Origin: Negativicutes bacterium
GTDB taxonomy: Bacteria; Bacillota; Negativicutes; UBA1444
Direction: 5' to 3'
NCBI GenBank assembly: GCA_963665275.2
Contig: CAXXIN010000016.1
Span: 160,001 to 224,000, forward strand
DNA length: 64,000 bases
Shown here piece by piece: positions 43,657 through 53,220 of this stretch; positions within the stretch are counted from its first letter, which is position 1, and every line of letters starts with the position of its first letter. The translations under genes were made by a program, and so were the position numbers. The notes under the pieces were generated by a model. That model saw only the letters and a list, made by a program, of their open reading frames with translations. It was not told where the DNA came from and made no database searches.

Positions 43657-44091
43657 GTGGCAAAACGAGGAATGCTGATTGTGTCGGTAATGCTGGTCGT
43701 GTTGCTTTTGTTTAGCCTGACTGCTTTTGCAGCGCCTGTGAGGTATGGTGTGAAATCAAAGATCGGCGGCACGCAATACGGGGCTACGCAGGAAATCGGG
43801 CACTTCACGGTTGGCGCTGGAGGATCGGCCAGCGCATTTCAGGGCGGTTCCAATGTGATTTCCTCAGCGGAAAGCCGGGAAATCGGATATGGATTTATTA
43901 TTGAAAAAATCGGGTACGGCAGCGAAAAAAGCGTGACCGTGTTCGAGCGAAGCTGGAATGGTCGGAAGGATTCACCAGTGGCGTTTACGAACTTGGTGCT
44001 GGGACCGGGATATTATGCGCTTCTTGTGGGCGGGCGTCCTGGTTCGTCAGTTGAAATCAGTTTCACCGGAGTCAATGTGAAAGTGGACTGA
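43657..44091 (+). CDS. Secreted hypothetical protein, beta-rich
   Basis: GGGAGG RBS; signal peptide ending AFA. Confidence 0.75.
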   Translation: MAKRGMLIVSVMLVVLLLFSLTAFAAPVRYGVKSKIGGTQYGATQEIGHFTVGAGGSASAFQGGSNVISSAESREIGYGFIIEKIGYGSEKSVTVFERSWNGRKDSPVAFTNLVLGPGYYALLVGGRPGSSVEISFTGVNVKVD

Positions 44092-44181
44092 ACCCGACAA
44101 AGGTTAAATCGGGGGGCAAATCTTTCATGAAGATTTGCCCCCTTGCCATGAAGAGCGCCGACGTTGAAAAGGGGACGAATC

Positions 44182-45246
44182 ATGAGAAACAACTCGCCGT
44201 ATAATGACATCGCCCGTACGACGCTGGCCGTCTTGTCAATAGGGATCCTTATCGTCGCAGTCTTCTGGATCATTAAGCCTTTTCTGCTGGCGATGGTCTG
44301 GGCAAGCATGTACGTGGTAGCCACTTGGCCGCTCCTGATCCGGCTGGAGAAACTGCTCTGGGGGAAGCGCGGACTTGCTGCCGCTGCCATGACGGTTATG
44401 CTGGCGTTGGTCTTTGTGGTGCCGATGGTAGCGGCTTTGAGTATCATTGAGGCTAACCTGGATAGGATCGTGGCGTGGCTGACTTTCATGAACAGCTTCT
44501 CTCTGCCGCCGCCGCCTCATTGGGTGGAGGCGCTGCCGATCATCGGCTCGAAGTTGTCGGCCATATGGCACGAGGCTTCAGTGGCCGGAGCGGCGGAACT
44601 GTCGGTGCAGGTCGTGCCGAACGCCGAGAAAATCGCAACCTGGTTCATTGGCCAGGCAGGGACCTTGGGCAAGACCACTTTTGATTTCCTGCTGACGGTG
44701 ATAATCGCCGGGGTTCTCTATTCCACAGGGGACGGGGCAGCGAAAGGAGTGCTGCGATTCGCGCGCCGCCTCGCCGGTGACCGCGGAGAGATCGTGATGA
44801 TCCTCGCCGCCCGGACAGTTCGGGGCGTGGCTCTCGGAGTCGTTGTGACCGCCTTGGTACAATCTGCTGCGGGCGGTATTGGGTTGGCTTTCGCCGGTGT
44901 GCCCGCTGCGTCACTGCTGAGCGCGGTGATGTTTATCCTCTGCCTTGTTCAGTTGGGGCCTGCCCTGATCATGTTCCCGGCGGCTATATGGCTTTTCTGG
45001 AGTGGACATACGATCGGGGGTGCGGTATTGTTCTTGTGGGCGATCATGGTGAGCACCATAGACAACTTTCTGCGGCCGATGCTCATCAGGAAGAGCGTCG
45101 ACATTCCGACGCTTTTGATATTTCCGGGTGTTATCGGCGGATTAATGGCGCTCGGCATCATCGGCGTTTTCATCGGTCCGGTGATACTGGCAGTAACCTA
45201 CAGCCTCATTTCGGCTTGGGTTCAGGACGTTGAGGAGCACGACTAG
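44182..45246 (+). CDS. AI-2E family transporter (YdiK-like)
   Basis: DIARTTLAVL, TWP, DNFLRPMLI and GVFIGPVILAV motifs. Confidence 0.9.
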   Translation: MRNNSPYNDIARTTLAVLSIGILIVAVFWIIKPFLLAMVWASMYVVATWPLLIRLEKLLWGKRGLAAAAMTVMLALVFVVPMVAALSIIEANLDRIVAWLTFMNSFSLPPPPHWVEALPIIGSKLSAIWHEASVAGAAELSVQVVPNAEKIATWFIGQAGTLGKTTFDFLLTVIIAGVLYSTGDGAAKGVLRFARRLAGDRGEIVMILAARTVRGVALGVVVTALVQSAAGGIGLAFAGVPAASLLSAVMFILCLVQLGPALIMFPAAIWLFWSGHTIGGAVLFLWAIMVSTIDNFLRPMLIRKSVDIPTLLIFPGVIGGLMALGIIGVFIGPVILAVTYSLISAWVQDVEEHD

Positions 45247-45263
45247 AGACCCTGCCGAGAAAT

Positions 45264-46262
45264 TCAACGACGCTCGCTGATCCCGTTCACAATGTTTGCC
45301 GGTTTCTCACCCCGCACTACCCGGGCCATGTTCTCCAGGGCGGATTCAATCATGCGCTTATAAGAACCAAGCGTTACGCCGGCCGTATGTGGGGTTAGCA
45401 GAAGACGCCTGGAAGCAGCTGCACTGAGATGGAGCAGGGGATGCCCGGCGTCCGGCGGTTCAGGCGAGAGGGTGTCCAGCGCAACCCCGGCCAACCGAGC
45501 TGATTCGAGTGTCTCGGCCAGAGCGCTCTGATCGAGTATTTCCCCCCGCGCGGTATTGATCAGGAAGCTGCCCGGCGTCAAGAGTGCGAGCTCTCTTGCT
45601 CCGATCAAGCCTCGGGTCTGCTCGTTCAAGGGCAGGTGCAGGCTGACAACATCACAGGTTGCCAGCAACTTGTCAAGGGGTTGGAATTCCACCGGAAACT
45701 GAAGTTCCACTTCAGGGGATAACCGATGCGGCGCATAGTAACTGACGGAGGCGCCCAGCGCCAGCACGGTCGTCGCAAACGCGCGCCCGATATTGCCGAA
45801 CCCGACCAATCCGATCTTGCTTCCGCGAATTTCCTGTATCCCTTCGCGCAGTAGAACATTTCGGTAGGCCACATAATTCCCCGTTTTTATTTGGGAATCT
45901 GATTCAAGCAGCCGCCTCTGCAAGGCGATCAGCATCCCCAGCGTATGTTCCGCAACCGCTGTTGCATTGGCTCCCGGCACATTCGCCACAGGAATGTGCA
46001 GTCGCACGGCTGTAGGGAGATCCACATGGTCAAAACCAACGCCCATCGTCTGGATGATTTTGATGCTCGGAATATTTTCCAGGATGGAGGCGTTGATGCA
46101 TCTTGCCGAAGCGGGTGTGAACAGGCAGTCGGCCCCTGCGCAGGCTTTAATAATGACCTGATCGGAGACGGAGTCCAAAAAATGAATCGTAAAGTCGTCA
46201 GGAACTCTGACATTGGCGGAAACAAATTTATCCTGTTGCAAAAGGCTCACTACGGTTGGCAT
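45264..46262 (-). CDS. D-2-hydroxyacid dehydrogenase
   Basis: GVGFDHVD, GFGNIG, INTARG and TPHTAG motifs. Confidence 0.9.
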   Translation of the reverse strand: MPTVVSLLQQDKFVSANVRVPDDFTIHFLDSVSDQVIIKACAGADCLFTPASARCINASILENIPSIKIIQTMGVGFDHVDLPTAVRLHIPVANVPGANATAVAEHTLGMLIALQRRLLESDSQIKTGNYVAYRNVLLREGIQEIRGSKIGLVGFGNIGRAFATTVLALGASVSYYAPHRLSPEVELQFPVEFQPLDKLLATCDVVSLHLPLNEQTRGLIGARELALLTPGSFLINTARGEILDQSALAETLESARLAGVALDTLSPEPPDAGHPLLHLSAAASRRLLLTPHTAGVTLGSYKRMIESALENMARVVRGEKPANIVNGISERR

Positions 46263-46427
46263 GAACGCGCACCTTCTTTTATGAAAATTTATCCTATTTT
46301 TTGATTATAACATTCTGTCAGATAACCAGCTACAATGCAGCGCGCGCCGATTCGAACCGGCTGATGGGATGTCCTTTGGTACTAATGATGCAAACTTATT
46401 CGTTGATTTGCGTGGAGGGGTTCTTGG

Positions 46428-48161
46428 ATGACTTCTGATGCGGTGATTGTAATCAAGGGAATGTCGTTTTCTTATCCGAACACCAGCCGACCGGCATTGG
46501 AGGATATCAATCTTTTGATTCCCAAGGGGCAGATGGTCGTGGTCGTGGGAGCCGGCGGAGCCGGAAAATCGACGCTGGCCAACACTCTCAATGGACTGAT
46601 CCCGTGTTTTATCCGGGGAAACTTCAAGGGCTCCATCCGGGTGGGAAACGAGGAGCCCCTGACCAAGGGGGTCAGCGGGATGTTCGGGATTGTCGGCCTC
46701 GTATTCCAGGACTTTGAGACGCAATTGTTTTCCACCCGGGTAGAACTGGAACTTGCTTTTGGGATGGAAAACAGGGGGATGCAGCGCTCAGCCATGCAGG
46801 AAGAAGTGAAGCGGCTGGTTGCGTTGGTGGGGCTGGAAGGCTATGAACAGTGCGCTCCAGCCGGATTGTCCGGAGGGCAGAAACAACGACTGGCGATTGG
46901 CTCCGCACTGGCCGGAGTTCCCCAGGTGTTGTGTCTGGATGAACCGACGACAGATCTGGATCCGGTCGGGAAAACGGGGATTTTTTCATTGCTCCGCAAG
47001 TTTCGGACGCAATCGCAGCTGACGCAGGATGCGGGACCGGCGACGATCGTGATTATTGAGCATGAGACGGAAGAAGCAGTTCATGCCGATCGGATCATCG
47101 TATTGGATCAGGGCCGCCTGGTGGCGGATGGCACACCGGAAGAAGTTTTGCCGCAGGTCGCCATGTTTGAACAATTTGGACTGATGCCGTTGCCCGTCTG
47201 TGCTTATTTTAGCCGTTTGAATTTTCCTACTGAAGGGTGCCCTCTCACACTGCTGGAAGCGGAAGCGTTTTTCCACCGTTCGGGTTTGAGGCTCGAGGAA
47301 TCCTGTGTCAAGGAACTTAAAGCCAGGGACGTGGAGCGGTCTCTGGCTTATGGAAACGAAGTTATCCGAACGTCGGGACTGAGACAGTCTTATGGCAAGC
47401 GGGAAATCCTGAAAGGGATTGATCTATGCGTCAGGGAACGGGAGTTCATTGCAGTGCTTGGCGCGAATGGCAGCGGGAAGACCACACTCGTGAAACATCT
47501 GAACGGATTGCTGCGACCGCAGCAGGGCAGGGTGTTCGTGTCTGGGGAAGATGCGGCCGGGCTGTCGATTTTCGAGATGGGGCAGGCTGTGGGGTATGTA
47601 TTCCAAAATCCGGATCAGCAGATTTTCTGCGATACGGTATATGAAGAAGTAGCCTATGGGTTGAACCTGCGGGGCATGTCGGCCGAGGAAACGGCGGCGC
47701 GGGTCCGGGAAGCGCTGGCGGCTGTCGGATTGTCTGGATGCGAGGCGGAAGATCCATTTTCCCTTACGAAAGGGCAGCGGCAGAGGGTGGCGGTTGCGTC
47801 GGTTCTGGCGCTCAAACCGCAGGTGCTGATCTTGGATGAACCGACTACCGGCCTGGATTACAAGGACCAGCGGCGGATGATGGAATTGGTAAAAAGTTTG
47901 AATGAAGCGGGCCGGACGATTGTGATGATTACTCATGCCATGTGGGTGGTGGCTGAATATGCCCACCGGGTCGTATTGATCCGGGACGGCCAAGTTGCGG
48001 CGGACGGCGGGGTCAGGGAAATTTTCGCTGACGAGGCGACGCTTGCATTGGCGGAAGTCTCGCCGCCTCAAATAACGCGCCTGGGCAACCGACTCGGGGT
48101 GACTGCACTATCGGTGGAGGAACTGTTGTATTGCACTCGCCGGCAGGAGGAACAGTCATGA
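46428..48161 (+). CDS. ECF transporter ATPase with duplicated ABC domains
   Basis: GAGGAGKS/LSGGQKQR/DEPT and GANGSGKT/FQNPD/DEPTTGLD. Confidence 0.93.
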   Translation: MTSDAVIVIKGMSFSYPNTSRPALEDINLLIPKGQMVVVVGAGGAGKSTLANTLNGLIPCFIRGNFKGSIRVGNEEPLTKGVSGMFGIVGLVFQDFETQLFSTRVELELAFGMENRGMQRSAMQEEVKRLVALVGLEGYEQCAPAGLSGGQKQRLAIGSALAGVPQVLCLDEPTTDLDPVGKTGIFSLLRKFRTQSQLTQDAGPATIVIIEHETEEAVHADRIIVLDQGRLVADGTPEEVLPQVAMFEQFGLMPLPVCAYFSRLNFPTEGCPLTLLEAEAFFHRSGLRLEESCVKELKARDVERSLAYGNEVIRTSGLRQSYGKREILKGIDLCVREREFIAVLGANGSGKTTLVKHLNGLLRPQQGRVFVSGEDAAGLSIFEMGQAVGYVFQNPDQQIFCDTVYEEVAYGLNLRGMSAEETAARVREALAAVGLSGCEAEDPFSLTKGQRQRVAVASVLALKPQVLILDEPTTGLDYKDQRRMMELVKSLNEAGRTIVMITHAMWVVAEYAHRVVLIRDGQVAADGGVREIFADEATLALAEVSPPQITRLGNRLGVTALSVEELLYCTRRQEEQS

Positions 48162-49741
48162 ATTTGTTTTTATATGTAGAAACCACCTCCTGGCTGCATC
48201 GGGCTGATCCTCGGACCAAAATTTTTGCGATGCTCTGTGTCTTCTTTCTGGCGCTCGGCCTGAAGGGGGCAATGGCGGTCTTTGCGCTTGGGTGCGTCGT
48301 TATGGCCGCTGGACTCAGCGCCGGGTTCGTTTCCAGCCTGCGGCGCATCGGTGGGCTGCTACTGATGATTCTGGTGGCGACAACCTTTTTGTGGGGCTTG
48401 ACCACCGGTTCCACGTACCTCTGGGGGCCGTTTACGCTGGACGGGTTGCAGCAGGGCCTGACAATGGGGATCAAGATGACGATCATGATCACTACCGGTT
48501 TGATTTGGCTGAGCACTACGAAAATTGAAGAAATGACCGCTGGCATGGAAAAACTGGGGATCCCCTACCCCGTCGCCTTTGCCTTTTCAACGGCGATACG
48601 CCTGGTTCCCTGGATTGTCACCAGTTGCCTGATGGTTGGCGAAGCGCAGCAGTCGCGTGGACTGGATCTTCACAAGGGGAATTTCATACAACGGATACGC
48701 CACTATGTGCCGCTATTGATTCCGGCGCTGGTAGCGGTGGTCCGAAACGCGAATTTCTTTGCCATGGCTCTGGAGAGCCGTGGGTTCGGCAGTCGGAATG
48801 AGCGGGTTTCCTTCCTCCAGATCGGATTCAGCCGGAATGATGCGGCGCTGGTTGGCGCGCTGATTCTGTCTGCGGCAACTTGCCTGTATTTTAATGAAGG
48901 CGCTGCGCAGGGTTTGTTGTGGAATGGATTTTATTTATTGACGTTTTTCTTTGGGTTCATTCTGGTGCTGCGGGTGGTTGTGAACCTCGAAAGCGGCAGG
49001 ATCTTGTGGCTCAATACCCGTATGGTGGTGTTGACGGCGCTTTCGGCGGCGATTTATGCCGCAGTGGTGATCCCCTTCAAAGGAATTGTGTTTGTGCCGG
49101 GGGTAACGGAATTTCGGCCAGGAATGGCGTTGCCACCGGTCTTAGGAGTGCTGTTCGGGCCTGCAGCCGCTTGGGGAAGCGGCTTTGGCTGTGTGATCAG
49201 TGATTTTTTCGGATCTTTGGGACCGGGGAGTTTCTTCGGGTTTGCCGGCAATTTCGTGATGGCCTGGATTCCGTACCGGTTGTGGTGGAAAACAGGACTG
49301 GTGCGCGCGGATGATCCAGAGCCGCTGCGCCTGAACTCTACAACTAAAGTGGCTAATTTTTTCGTGGTTGCGCTCACCGGAGCTGTCGCCTGCGCTCTGA
49401 TCATCGGCTGGGGGCTGGAACTGCTGGGGTTGGTGCCCTTTAAAGTATTGGCCGCATTGATTGCGATCAATAACTCGGCCCCGATTGTGTTGCTCAGCTT
49501 GCCTGTGATGCTGGTTCTGTATCCGCGAATCATGAGATGGGGGCTGCTTTGGACCGAGATTATCGGTCCGGAGGGCGTGCGGGTCAGCACGCAAAAATGC
49601 CGTGTGGGATCGGTGATTACTCTGCTGGGGATTGTGGGCGGTTTTGTTGGCGGGCTGTATGTGGCGATTGGCCTGGGCGGCAATCCTCTAATCGCAGCGG
49701 GGGCAGGTATTCTTCTGATCGTGCTTGGCGGATTTTTATAA
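48158..49741 (+). CDS. ECF transmembrane T component fused to a C-terminal S (substrate-binding, QueT-like) component
   Basis: LHRADPRTK, AQQSRG and ALESRGF (EcfT), then MVVLTALSAAIYAA…EFRPGMALPPVLGVLFGPAAAWG (S unit). Confidence 0.85.
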   Translation: MNLFLYVETTSWLHRADPRTKIFAMLCVFFLALGLKGAMAVFALGCVVMAAGLSAGFVSSLRRIGGLLLMILVATTFLWGLTTGSTYLWGPFTLDGLQQGLTMGIKMTIMITTGLIWLSTTKIEEMTAGMEKLGIPYPVAFAFSTAIRLVPWIVTSCLMVGEAQQSRGLDLHKGNFIQRIRHYVPLLIPALVAVVRNANFFAMALESRGFGSRNERVSFLQIGFSRNDAALVGALILSAATCLYFNEGAAQGLLWNGFYLLTFFFGFILVLRVVVNLESGRILWLNTRMVVLTALSAAIYAAVVIPFKGIVFVPGVTEFRPGMALPPVLGVLFGPAAAWGSGFGCVISDFFGSLGPGSFFGFAGNFVMAWIPYRLWWKTGLVRADDPEPLRLNSTTKVANFFVVALTGAVACALIIGWGLELLGLVPFKVLAALIAINNSAPIVLLSLPVMLVLYPRIMRWGLLWTEIIGPEGVRVSTQKCRVGSVITLLGIVGGFVGGLYVAIGLGGNPLIAAGAGILLIVLGGFL

Positions 49742-49780
49742 AAAAAGAACCAGCCGGCTTCTGCAGAAGCCGGCTGGTTT
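49740..49780 (-). terminator. Intrinsic terminator (U-tract on the minus strand; likely also ends the ECF operon)
   Basis: aaccagccggcttctgcagaagccggctggtt palindrome flanked by an A-run. Confidence 0.8.
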
Positions 49781-49980
49781 GGATTGATTCTTGATGAGTC
49801 ACGGCCTTAGTCGTTGGACTCTCATGTGTACAACGGTTGTTGTACGATTAGGTGCTTTTAGCACCCGTCACAGCCTTATTCAATTCGGGTTCCCATTCCA
49901 GTTTATTCGATGGAGTCACCCCTTCCGAAGAAGTCGATCCGCTCGCAGGCGGTTCGGAATTTCTATTCCATCTACCCTTT
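49740..49980 (-). ncRNA. Putative orphan structured small RNA (~240 nt), family not recognised
   Basis: TG-G-TATAAT at 49987-49995 (minus strand), nested helices and a strong terminator with U-tract at 49740-49780; no credible ORF. Confidence 0.55.
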
Positions 49981-50121
49981 GGTACTATTATACCACAAAA
50001 AAAGATTATTCGCACTATTTTGTTACTTTTCCGAATTGATGCTGTGAACGCATGAACCGGCGTCAGGTTATCCAAAGCAGGAACGGCGCCGAAACTTTGA
50101 AAAATGGCTTGGAGGTTTATT

Positions 50122-50940
50122 TTGAATAAGAAAATAAATGCAATGTATTTTAGCGCAACAGGAACCACGCAAAAAATAGTGTCCGGTATTGCAAAGAGAT
50201 TCTCAGAGAAGGTTGATCAGGCAATGAATGTCAAAAGCATCGATTTTACCTTGCCTGAAGCGCGAAAAGAATCAGTGTCCTTTTCACCCGACGATGTTGT
50301 AATCCTCGGAATTCCGGTGTACGCGGGACGAGTTCCTAATATATTATTGAAGTATTTGAATTCTATTCAAGGGCATGGTGCGTTGGCCATTGCTGTGGTT
50401 GTTTATGGAAATCGTGACTATGACGATGCTTTAATAGAATTAAAAGATATTATGGAATTGTGTGGCTTTACCGTTGTCGCAGGAGGGGCTTTTATCGGGG
50501 AGCATTCGTTTTCTCGAATCCTCGCACACAACAGGCCAGATGAAGAAGATATGGCGATAGTCAATGATTTTGCCGATCAAATATACAGCAAGATCAGTGC
50601 TCCAGCACAGATTGCAACAGTCACTGTAAAGGGGAATAGGCCCTATAGAAAATATTACATTCCCAAAAACAATAATGATGAACCGACTGATATCCGAAAG
50701 GTTGCGCCCAAGACCCAGAGCAGCTGCATCGATTGCAAAGTCTGTGTAGGAGTTTGCCCGATGGGGTCCATTGATTATCAAGACGTTTCAAAATTAAATG
50801 GGATTTGCATAAAATGCGGGGCGTGCATCAAAAAATGCCCTGTGCAGGCAAAGTATTATGATGATGAAGACTATTTGCGACATAAAAAAGAGTTGGAAGT
50901 CAACTGTGCTTATCGGAGATCGCCAGAATTATTTTTGTAG
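50122..50940 (+). CDS. EFR1-type flavodoxin-fold / 4Fe-4S ferredoxin protein
   Basis: YFSATGTT, PVYAGRVP, VVYGNRDYDDAL and two CxxCxxCxxxCP motifs. Confidence 0.9.
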   Translation: MNKKINAMYFSATGTTQKIVSGIAKRFSEKVDQAMNVKSIDFTLPEARKESVSFSPDDVVILGIPVYAGRVPNILLKYLNSIQGHGALAIAVVVYGNRDYDDALIELKDIMELCGFTVVAGGAFIGEHSFSRILAHNRPDEEDMAIVNDFADQIYSKISAPAQIATVTVKGNRPYRKYYIPKNNNDEPTDIRKVAPKTQSSCIDCKVCVGVCPMGSIDYQDVSKLNGICIKCGACIKKCPVQAKYYDDEDYLRHKKELEVNCAYRRSPELFL

Positions 50941-50961
50941 TAGTGCTGTAGAGAAAATTGC

Positions 50962-51276
50962 TTGATCAAACTAACCCCTCCTAAATCTTTCCTGGCACAG
51001 GGCTTCGATGGAAGTGTTCCACTGACAGGGCCGAACTGGGGTTGGTTTGCTTTCATCTGCCTGGGCAGCGGCCTAGTGGCGTTTACCCTGTGGAATGTCG
51101 GTGTGCATGAGGTCGGACCGAACAAGGCCTCTTTCTTCATCAACCTGATTCCGCTGTTCGGCATCCTGTTTTCTGTGCTGATGCTGGGCGAAAGTGTCGG
51201 TTGGTTTCATGGCGGCGGCGCGGCCCTGATTATCGGCGGCGTGGTGCTGGCGACCCGCTCGCGAAGTGTATATTGA
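50962..51276 (+). pseudogene. C-terminal fragment of a DMT/EamA transporter
   Basis: AFTLWNVGVHEVGPNKASFFINLIPLFGILFSVLMLGE…GAALIIGGV; N-terminal part absent, no good RBS. Confidence 0.65.
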
Positions 51277-51318
51277 CAGAGTAAAAAAAAGGCAGTAAAA
51301 TATCTTTAATTCAAGATA
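51273..51318 (+). promoter_or_regulatory. sigmaA promoter with overlapping MhqR-type operator
   Basis: TTGACA-N17-TAAAAT, then palindrome TATCTT-TAATTC-AAGATA at 51301-51318. Confidence 0.75.
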
Positions 51319-51340
51319 AATTTTTAAAGTGATAGGTTGA

Positions 51341-51790
51341 ATGATGGAAGATACTGTTGCTCAAGCAAATCGACAAGCCATGAAACTGTATGTCGTTTTA
51401 ACACGGACGTACAAGGCGCTGCTCGATCGGGACCAGCGCAATATTCGCAGTTATGGACTCAATACGACGGAATTTGGTGTGCTGGAGCTCTTGTATAGCA
51501 AAGGCTCTCATCCCATTCAGCAGATCGGTGAAAAAATCCTCATTACGAGCGGTACCATGACCTATGTTATTGATAAATTAGAGAAAAAAGGACTGATCGT
51601 CCGACGGCCTTGTGACAAGGATCGACGCATTGTTCATGCGGAACTCACTGAAGCTGGGCGGAGCAAAATGTCGGGAATTCTGCCCAAGCATTATCAAGCT
51701 CTGGCTGAATCTTTCAATGGGCTAAATCAGGCGGAGCAGGAGCAGGCAATTGAGTTGCTGAAAAAAATTAGTTTTTCTGCAAGTTCGTAA
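51341..51790 (+). CDS. mhqR: MarR family regulator, MhqR-like (quinone-responsive)
   Basis: KLYVVLTR…GLNTTEFGVLELLYSKG…QQIGEKILITSGTMTYVIDKLEKK…DRR, close to the recalled B. subtilis MhqR sequence. Confidence 0.8.
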   Translation: MMEDTVAQANRQAMKLYVVLTRTYKALLDRDQRNIRSYGLNTTEFGVLELLYSKGSHPIQQIGEKILITSGTMTYVIDKLEKKGLIVRRPCDKDRRIVHAELTEAGRSKMSGILPKHYQALAESFNGLNQAEQEQAIELLKKISFSASS

Positions 51791-51816
51791 TATATTTTAT
51801 ATATTTTTTGCAAAAA

Positions 51817-51834
51817 TATCTTCAAATGAAGAAT
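51817..51834 (+). promoter_or_regulatory. Second MhqR-type operator, upstream of doxX-pirin
   Basis: TATCTTCAAATGAAGAAT, similar to the box at 51301. Confidence 0.6.
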
Positions 51835-51861
51835 CTTGAATTTTGTTTAGCATAGGGGGGA

Positions 51862-52302
51862 GTGTTTTTGAACAAGTTTACTCACTCACAGAAAGGTTGG
51901 GACAAGTACAAGGACGAGGTGCTCTTGTTCGTTAGGTTGGGTCTTTGCTTCATGTTTATCTTTGTTCATGGCGGGCCGAAACTTTTCGGCGGTCCTGCAA
52001 AGTGGCTGGAAGTAGGCTCGATGCTCAAAGTCATCGGGATTACAGCGATGCCGACAGTACTTGGATTTATCGCCGCCGTTTGCGAATTTTTCGGCGGGGT
52101 TTTCATTGGGATAGGGCTCTTCACCCGTCTGGGTGCTGCCATGATTTTGTCTACCCTGGTCGTTGCCACAGGCGTTATGTTCATGATGAAAGGTTTGTTT
52201 GCTGCCGCACCGGCTATCGAGGATTCCTTATTCATGCTGGTGCTGATGGTGGTAGGCGCAGGGAAATACAGTCTGGATCACAAATGGTTTGGGGGTGATT
52301 GA
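51862..52302 (+). CDS. DoxX family membrane protein
   Basis: VRLGL…HGGPKL…EFFGG…GLFTR…GAGKYSLD. Confidence 0.9.
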   Translation: MFLNKFTHSQKGWDKYKDEVLLFVRLGLCFMFIFVHGGPKLFGGPAKWLEVGSMLKVIGITAMPTVLGFIAAVCEFFGGVFIGIGLFTRLGAAMILSTLVVATGVMFMMKGLFAAAPAIEDSLFMLVLMVVGAGKYSLDHKWFGGD

Positions 52303-52307
52303 TTATT

Positions 52308-53153
52308 ATGAACGATACACGGGCTATTCGTAAAATTGTGGCTGGAAAGCAGGCTGTAGATGGCGCTGGAGTAAAGCTGGTAAGGGTTATTGGGCATGAT
52401 GACACGCAGGACTTTGACCCCTTCCTCATGTTGGACGCCTTTGACTCTGTCAATCCGAACGATTATATAAAAGGGTTTCCCTGGCATCCGCACCGTGGAA
52501 TTGAAACGATCACCTACCTGATTCGAGGAGACATTGAACACAGCGACAGTCTGGGGAACAAAGGCAGTATCCTAGACGGGGAATGTCAGTGGATGACGGC
52601 AGGTTCCGGCATCATTCATCAGGAAATGCCAAAGCCCAGTGACAGAATGCTGGGGGTTCAGCTATGGCTCAATCTGCCGGCAAAAAATAAAATGACGGCG
52701 CCCCAATATCATGGGATAGCCCAAAATGATATCCCGGTGATTGATGAGGGAGACCGCAAGATCCACATTATCGCAGGAGCCTATAACGGCATAGCCGGCG
52801 CCATGGAAGGCGACTATGTCAAGGCGTTGTATTTGGATGTGGAAATGAAGCCGGGGGCTGAATGGGCGCTGGATACAGACAAGGATGCGACCTTGTTCGT
52901 TTATATTGTGCAGGGAGAGGGGGCCTTTGGGCCTCTTCGCGAGAGCTTCATCGCTGCCAAGCAGGCCGTTTTGTTCGAGGCGGGGAAAAAGTTCCGGGTG
53001 AAGGCGTCTGATAACGGGCTGCGGTTGTTGCTGATGTCCGGGAAACCTCTACGGGAACCAATTGCCTGGGGCGGGCCCATCGTAATGAATACCAGGGAAG
53101 AACTAGACCTGGCCTTTCAAGAGCTCAAGGCGAACACCTTCATCAAAGGATGA
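52308..53153 (+). CDS. Pirin family protein
   Basis: DPFLMLD, HPHRGIETITY, WMTAGSGIIHQE and GGPIVMNT motifs. Confidence 0.95.
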   Translation: MNDTRAIRKIVAGKQAVDGAGVKLVRVIGHDDTQDFDPFLMLDAFDSVNPNDYIKGFPWHPHRGIETITYLIRGDIEHSDSLGNKGSILDGECQWMTAGSGIIHQEMPKPSDRMLGVQLWLNLPAKNKMTAPQYHGIAQNDIPVIDEGDRKIHIIAGAYNGIAGAMEGDYVKALYLDVEMKPGAEWALDTDKDATLFVYIVQGEGAFGPLRESFIAAKQAVLFEAGKKFRVKASDNGLRLLLMSGKPLREPIAWGGPIVMNTREELDLAFQELKANTFIKG

Positions 53154-53158
53154 GGCTG

Positions 53159-53207
53159 AAAAAAAGACGGGTAACGGCGAAAATTACCGCTACCCGTCTT
53201 TTTTTTG
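53159..53207. terminator. Bidirectional terminator
   Basis: aaaaaaagacgggtaacgg…ccgctacccgtctttttttt. Confidence 0.8.
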
Positions 53208-53220
53208 TGTGAATCTGGTT

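Noticed and set aside
49848-50168. 106-aa minus-strand ORF over the sRNA region
   Set aside because: Overlaps the EFR1 gene start antisense, begins upstream of the apparent promoter and lacks an RBS or recognisable motif
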